Shown here piece after piece: positions 57,735 to 64,000 of a DNA stretch of 64,000 bases (positions within the stretch are counted from its first letter, which is position 1; every line of letters begins with the position of its first letter). Both the position numbers and the translations under genes were made by a program. A model generated the notes under the pieces. The model worked only from the letters and a program-made list of their open reading frames with translations, was not told where the DNA came from and did no database searches. This DNA comes from Narcine bancroftii. Its lineage: Eukaryota. The stretch covers positions 68,758,001 to 68,822,000 of the forward strand of contig NC_091482.1 in NCBI RefSeq assembly GCF_036971445.1, in the 5' to 3' direction.

Positions 57735-58269
57735 ACTCCACACACCTCCCCCCCTTTCTGGCTCATTTGGCTGAGATCTCATTGCCATGATGTTGACTGA
57801 AAGGTGGGTGCCCTTTGCATTTCTGCATTTGTAACAGAAGTTATGGAGCAGTGCGGAGAGTTTTGCTGCCCTGCTGCGGTGTTCCTGCCTGCTGTGGAAC
57901 TGACTCGTGTGGCCAGGGCTGTCAATCTGGAACAGCCTCAGAAGGGTTTGCAATCCTTCCAGTGTTTCTATAGTTACAACTTGTTTAAACCTAAGTTTTT
58001 CACCATCTGAGAGAAATAGTAGTTTTAATTTTAAAACTTATCTTTGTGCTGTTAGAAGCCAGAATACGGTTTCTAACAATTTCTCTCAACGTGAATCTTT
58101 GAATGTATTAACATCTCTATCGTCTGTGTATTAATTGTTTTTAAAGTACAGTTTATTGTTTAAAGAGAAAATAAATAGTGGAAAACTCAATGCTATGGAA
58201 ATGGACTTTCATTAACCAGTCAAAACAACCTACTCAATGTACTCATGCAGTTATGAAGGGAATTGATCG

Positions 58270-58440
58270 CAGTTTGATTCTGTCACTGTCTGCAAGGAGT
58301 TTGTTCTTTCTCCCTGTGTCTGCGTGGGTTTCCTCCGGATGCTCGTTTCCTTCCACTCTTCAAAACGTACTGGGGGAGTAGGTCAATTGGGTGTAATTAT
58401 GCAGCATGGGCCTGTTCCATGCTCTATGTCTAAATTTTAA
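58270..58440 (+). mobile_element. tRNA-derived SINE (HE1/V-SINE-like), partial
   Basis: V-domain and tail. Confidence 0.65.
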
Positions 58441-58660
58441 ATAAAGTTAGATTTAAAGTTCAAGTTAAGCTGAAGCTGGACTTTATGAAATGTGAGGGAA
58501 ATGTAGAATCTAACCTGGACCCTCTTCAACCCACCTCAAAACAGGTCCACAGCATTTAACACCGTCACACCATTCTAATTAATTCCTTGGCAAAGTTGAG
58601 CTCCAACACAATCTATTAATACACCATTGTTTGCCAAATAACAGGAAATAATGAGTCCAA

Positions 58661-58724
58661 ATAGCCTGAGATTCTCTGATCTTAGAAGCTAAGCAGGTTC
58701 AGATCTGATCAGTATTTGGAGACT
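58661..58724 (+). pseudogene. Degenerate 5S rRNA-derived fragment (5S pseudogene or SINE3 head)
   Basis: TCTGATCTTAGAAGCTAAGCAGGTTCAG...AGTATTTGGAGAC resembles the 5S internal control region (TCTGATCTCGGAAGCTAAGCAGGGTCGG...AGTACTTGG). Confidence 0.55.
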
Positions 58725-58814
58725 CTCTGTCTGCCTTAATGGTTAAAGAATTTCATGTATGTTACATTATGTAGTATTACATGACAATAATTGAACCTTT
58801 AACTTTAGAATGCA

Positions 58815-58939
58815 GGATGGTACACACCACAAATCCATTCAATGTGCAAGTTGACTTGCCTGGATGGCACACACCACAAATCCATTCAATGTGCAAGTTG
58901 ACTTGCCCGGATGGCACACACCACAAATCCATTCAATGT
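58815..58939. repeat. Tandem repeat, ~2.6 x 47 bp
   Basis: GGATGG.ACACACCACAAATCCATTCAATGT at 58815, 58862, 58909. Confidence 0.85.
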
Positions 58940-60130
58940 ATCTTGACACACATGACAATAACCAACTGAATAAGATATTAAAGACAAAGACTGTGGATTG
59001 CAACGATTGCCATTATTTCCTTTGGAGATAGTCATGAAGTATTTACATAAACTAGGGAATTAGTTTAAGGGTGAAACGCTATTACAGCGCCAGTTGTTCC
59101 ACGCTCAAATTGCAAACTCAGGGGAGATCGTGTTTTCACGATAACAGCCCCCAAACTGTGGAACAACATTCCTCCTTCCATCAAGTCAGCCCCTTCCTTT
59201 AACTCTTAAATCCAGGCTGAAGTTGTATTTTCACTCACAAGTGTTTTGAAGTGATTGTCAATTGTTACCATGTTGTATGTACAATTCAGAACCTCGGAGA
59301 CCCGTTCTATACTGCACTTTAAATATCTGCTTAAGTTAAGATGTAATTTATGATCTGTTCAGTACTTTGGGCATTATGAGTTGTTGTAAATGTGCTCTAT
59401 AACTAAACTAACCCAAACTAAACAACTGTGGAAAGTATACATCAAGGCCTGGTTTGTTCATTCAAGTTCCCAGGAATGCAGGAGCCTGCTGTATGTAGCA
59501 AACGTAACCAAGTCCATTGTGGGCGCCGAACTCTCGTCCTTAAGAAGGCAACCAACATCACAAGGGGTCCCCATCACCCTGGTCACAACCTCTTCTTGCT
59601 GCTACCTTAGAGTCCAGCACCTTCAGTTTCAAAAACAGTCTGTACAAGGACTATCAGGCTCCTCTTTCTACCCTAACCATAAACTACTCCAGGACATCAA
59701 AATTATTGAAAAACCTCTAGTTTTTTTTCTTGCACTAACTGTAACTGTGAATATTTAATAATCTATCTATCCCTTATATTTATTATCTCTTTCTTTATTG
59801 GGGTCATTTCAGGTTTACTAAGGTCGTTGGTGTGTTTTACAAGTAAGCATCATGTAAGAATTTCAATCTATATGTACTTTGCACTTATGTGATTAGCAAT
59901 AAACGTTATCTTTATCATCAGTGCGTTCGAGATACGATTCCCACTGAGTGAATAAGTTCCATCAGGTCCCTTCTCACTTTAAACCCATACCCTCTAGATC
60001 TCGAATCATCTACCCTAGGAGAAAGGCTGCAAGCATCTGAAGAGTATGAGAATGTAATTTTAAAGAAAATTATGGAATTAATTACCTATATTTGTGTGTG
60101 ACTGGATAGTTTCAAAAGTGGTTTTTTTAA

Positions 60131-60446
60131 AATTTTATTGTATATATTATCAAATTAAAAAGTCCCAAGTCTATAAAAACAACAATGGTACACTAAGTGT
60201 TGGGTTAAGCGTTAAGCTAACCATGCTGTCTTCTCACTGCTACTTTCAGGCTGAAACTGGACTGGGAACACTCCAAATGAATGGCCTTAATATCCACTTC
60301 TCTGGCTTTCATTAATTTTATTGTATATATTATCAAATTAAAAAGTCCCAAGTCTATAAAAACAACAATGGTACACTAAGCGTTGGGTTAAGCGTTAAGC
60401 TAACCATGCTGTCTTCTCACTGCTACCTTCAGGCTGAAACTGGACT
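60131..60446. repeat. Tandem duplication, 183-bp period (133-bp repeated block)
   Basis: 60131-60263 repeated at 60314-60446 with two substitutions. Confidence 0.9.
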
Positions 60447-61089
60447 CACTTCTTCCCCCAACTCTGTCTCTCTCCCTTCCCTGTCGCCTCTTGCACAGAC
60501 AGGATCAATTCTCACCTCTTCCCTTACCATACCCAATGAACACCTTTTGTTGGACTTCACCCCTAACCAGCACCACCCGAATTCGGAGACTTTCTGAGAC
60601 ATTCTGCTTATTCCTCCAAGAAGGGCTCAGCCCTGAAACATCAGCAATATATCTTTAATGGACGCTGAAAAGATCCGTTGAGTTCCTCCATTATTTTGGT
60701 GTGTTTTTACTACAATCACAGCATCAGGTGTCTTCCATGTTTCACAAAGCCCAGTTTCTCTCGGTTCAAGAAGTTTTTGTTCCCCAACAACAATCAGATT
60801 GCTGAACCTCCCCCCACCACCTTCACCTTAACTATAAAAGACTTTCATATCATTGACTTTGCATCCAAAGTATTTTCAGAACCAATACAGATAATCTTGC
60901 AAACAGCCATTGAAAAATTCTCATTCAAGATTAAGAAGGACACTTTCTAATGTTTGGTTTTATTTCTGCGGTGATTTCTCGACTGGGCTGAGCTGGGGAA
61001 TTCCAGTGAAACAAGTTTCCAGAAGGAATCATTTGGATTCCCTTTTATTAACTGGAAATTGTCCACAAAATAATCGTCACAAAAATGAA

Positions 61090-61200
61090 AGTCGAAATTA
61101 AAAAGCGAATCACGTGACCTGAAAGATAAATTGCGGCGAGACTCGAATCGAATCAATACCGTAATAATCTTCTTCGTGCGGCCGTGAACGGTGCTTGGAG
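61090..61200 (+). promoter_or_regulatory. Putative promoter and first exon of a gene divergent from FANCI
   Basis: Local CpG enrichment, E-box/CLEAR-like TCACGTGAC at 61110-61118, consensus donor GAG|GTAAGT at 61200/61201. Confidence 0.45.
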
Positions 61201-61429
61201 GTAAGTTAGACGCTGACTTAAGAAGGTTACAAACTACAGGATTTAGATGTAAGCAGATGTCAGAATAACCCATAAAATAAACCGCCTGATGAACAAACGA
61301 AAACAACTAGAGCAAACTGGGCAGAATCTGAACGCGGCTGCACTCAGGATGACAGTCAGCTGGCGAGCTCCTGACAGCTCCTCTCCCCGCTGCCCCTTTC
61401 GCCGGCGCAGGATGTCGGGGCGGGGGACT

Positions 61430-61905
61430 GCAGGGCTAGAGGGGCCGGCGGGGGAGAACGGGGCTGGAGGGGCCGGCGGGGGAGAACGGGGCTGGAGGGG
61501 CCGGCGGGGGAGAACGGGGGCTGGAGGGGCCAGAACGGGGGCTGGAGGGGCCGGCGGGGGAGAACGGGGGAATGGAGGGGACGGCGGGGGGAGAACGGGG
61601 GCTGGAGGGGCCGGCGGGGGAGAACGGGGCTGGAGGGGCCGGCGGGGGAGAACGGGGCTGGAGGGGCCGGCGGGGGAGAACGGGGGCTGGAGGGGCCGGC
61701 GGGGGGAGAACGGGGGCTGGAGGGGCCGGCGGGGGGAGAACGGGGGCTGGAGGGGCCGGCGGGGGAGAACGGGGGAATGGAGGGGACGGCGGGGGGAGAA
61801 CGGGGGCTGGAGGGGCCGGCGGGGGAGAACGGGGCTGGAGGGGCCGGCGGGGGAGAACGGGGGCTGGAGGGGCCGGCGGGGGGGGGGGGGGCAGCGGGGA
61901 GAACG
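61430..61905. repeat. G-rich minisatellite, ~28-30-bp unit (GGGGCTGGAGGGGCCGGCGGGGGAGAAC), ~16 copies
   Basis: Direct reading; G-tract lengths vary. Confidence 0.95.
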
Positions 61906-62113
61906 ATCAGTGTGGGGACATTCCACGGGGGATGAGCCCGCGCTGGCTGTCCCAGCCGCCAGCCAGCCGGAGTGCAGTCAGATGTGCATCCCGGTGCCCC
62001 TGTCCCTTCAGGTGGCCAGCGCTGCGCTTTTAGCGCTGCCACCTGAACGTCAATCAAAGTGCCGCTTTCTCTACTTCAGGCGTATTCTTAGCAGAGAATC
62101 CACCTGAAGAAAC

Positions 62114-62125
62114 ATGAAGGAACAG
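62114..62125 (+). CDS. Putative first coding micro-segment (MKEQ) in a 46-nt exon 62080-62125 of the divergent gene; identity unknown
   Basis: Acceptor ctttctctacttcag at 62079, aacATG context, donor CAG|GTAAC. Confidence 0.3.
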
Positions 62126-62850
62126 GTAACTTTATCTTCGCGCAGCACAACCATGAAGGGGGGACTGGAACCAAGCAATATCCAGGGAAGAGAAACAGCC
62201 ACATGCTTCGCTAATCTAGCAGGAAATGTTATGAGCCTGTCAGTCTAACTCCAAACAGAAAACCGATGCTTTTGTGGTATGTCAGCACCCAGGCCCTTCA
62301 CAAACAGCCGCAGCAAGAACAGGGGTGGGGAGTCCGAGAGCCATGCAGGCTCTTCGGCCCAATCCACCAAAGTTGGCACTCTGGGCTAGTCCTATTTCTT
62401 GGCATTTGACCCATGCACTTCTGAACCCCTTCCAGCCCATCGAGCTGTCCAAATGCACTCTCATTGTTGGCAACCTGTTGGAGTTTAGAACTCGAGACCT
62501 GTGGCACTTCTCTGGGAAGTGCAAGAATGGGCGTTTGTATTAGGGGCAATTTCCCAGGGCAGTTCTGGGGATGAGGGGGCTGAACTATCAGAAATGCCTA
62601 AAACTTAGATCTGTTCCAGTCGGAAACATGCAAGGTTCGAAGAGCTACATGACCAATTAATGTTCAAATGTTTCTATGAGTGGAAGAATCTCAAACATGG
62701 ATAGATGCTAAAGAAACAGACCTTTAAAAGTGAGTTGTGCAAGAATTTCTTCTCGCAGAGGGGCGTGAATCTAGAGGGAGGGAATTGCCTGCCAGGTTTG
62801 CAGAGTCTGGGTTGTGGGAATTGAAGAGGGGTGATGGAGCTGCTTTAAAG

Positions 62851-62964
62851 CATTGGTTTTCAACCATTTTCTTTCCCACATACCACCTTAAACATAGAAC
62901 ACTGATGGCATAGGGATTACTAAAGGTAGTATGTGAGTGGGAAGAAAAAGGTTGAAAACCAATG
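62851..62964. mobile_element. hAT MITE monomer related to 51346-51710
   Basis: TIR CATTGGTTTTCAACC...GGTTGAAAACCAATG, shared internal sequence. Confidence 0.7.
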
Positions 62965-63039
62965 GTTTAAGTAATTGAGGCCAATGTGGAGCTGGCACAG
63001 TTGACACCTGAGGCATCATTTTCAGAAGCAAGGCAGGTT

Positions 63040-63940
63040 TTCAGAATTTATTGGCATATGTCACAAAATTTGTTGTTTTGCAACAACATTTACAGTGTGT
63101 ATATTACTATAAAATTACATTTAAAAATAAATAAATAAGTGCAAAAATAAGAGAAAGTGAGGTAATGTTTTTGGTTCGTTGTCCATTCCCATCTGATGGG
63201 AGAGATGAAGAAGTTGTCCTTGTGTCGCTGTATCTTCAGGCTCCTGTTCTCCTGCCTGATGGCAGCAGAGTGAAGAGGGCATGGCCTGGGTGGTGGGGGT
63301 CCTTGAGGAAAGAGGCTACTTTCTTAAGACACAATCTCTTGTAGATGTCCTTGATGGAATAGAGATTGATGGCACTGGCCAAGTTCACAATTCTCTGTCG
63401 CCTTTTCCTGACCTGTGCATTGGCACCTCCATTCCAGACAGTGATGCACAGTCAGAATGAACTCCAAGAGTCTTTGGTGATGTACTAAATCTCCTCAAAC
63501 TCCTCACAAAATATAGCTGCTGGCCAGCTGCTTTCATGATTGTATCGACTTGGAGACCCTAGGACAGATCCTCAGAGATGTTGACACCCAAGAACTTGAA
63601 CCTCTTAACCCTTTCCACTGCTGACTCCTTGATGAGGACTGGTTCGTGTTCTCCTGATTTCCCCTCTTGAAATGGACAATCATCTCCTTGATTTTACTAA
63701 TATTGAGTGCAAGGTTTTGTTTTGGTGCCACTCAACTATTTGATCTATTTCCCTTGTATGCATTGGCCTCCGTGGTTCTGCCGACAACTGTGGTGCCATG
63801 AGCAAATTTGTAGATGACATTTGAATTATGCCTCCCCACACAGTGCCCAGTGAGTAGAGCAATGGGCAAAGCACGCATCCTTAAGGTGCGCCTATGTTGA
63901 TCGTCAGAGAGGAGGTGGTGTTGTTTCTGATTCATACTGA
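63040..63940 (-). mobile_element. Rex1/Babar-like LINE 3' fragment
   Basis: PLLYSL, KFA..TTVVG, NLALNISK.KEMIV.F motifs. Confidence 0.7.
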
Positions 63941-64000
63941 TGTCTGCTCCTGCTCCTATTGTGTTCTTCCAGTTGAAACGCTGGTTTTACACATCCATTC

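Noticed and set aside
61243-62107. Gly/Arg- and Pro-rich ORFs of 150-270 aa
   Set aside because: Translations of the G-rich minisatellite
62114-62125. MKEQ also ends FANCI exon 2 (MKEQE), suggesting an exon duplication
   Set aside because: Only ~12 nt of similarity with different codons and unrelated flanks; coincidence

Overview
Eukaryotic (vertebrate, most likely cartilaginous fish, judged from HE1/V-SINE-, CR1-, Penelope- and L1-type repeats) genomic DNA. The window holds the 5' part of FANCI on the minus strand: a putative non-coding exon 1 near 57.1 kb plus 26 coding exons (51851 to 8931) that splice into one open frame of 3027 nt (1009 codons). Two of the introns are GC-AG, and the gene runs off the left edge. 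Upstream are a CCAAT/E2F-type promoter, an intact tRNA-Arg(ACG) gene and probably the first exons of a divergent gene (~61.1-62.1 kb). Introns are full of transposons: L1, RTE, CR1, Rex1/Babar, Penelope, a deleted Gypsy element, solo LTRs, Chapaev3, Tigger/hAT MITEs and SINEs, plus two GC-rich VNTRs. No prokaryotic-type system is present. The most unusual observations are (1) a Penelope insertion whose target-site duplication copied a FANCI splice donor and created a recursive-splice-type AG|GT site, (2) an ORF1-only (HAL1-like) L1 whose ORF2 deletion junction is bracketed by a 13-bp inverted repeat, (3) a Gypsy derivative with a young in-frame 6x111-bp amplification of its protease/integrase deletion junction, and (4) a strong-context uORF overlapping the FANCI start. 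All calls were made by eye without database searches.
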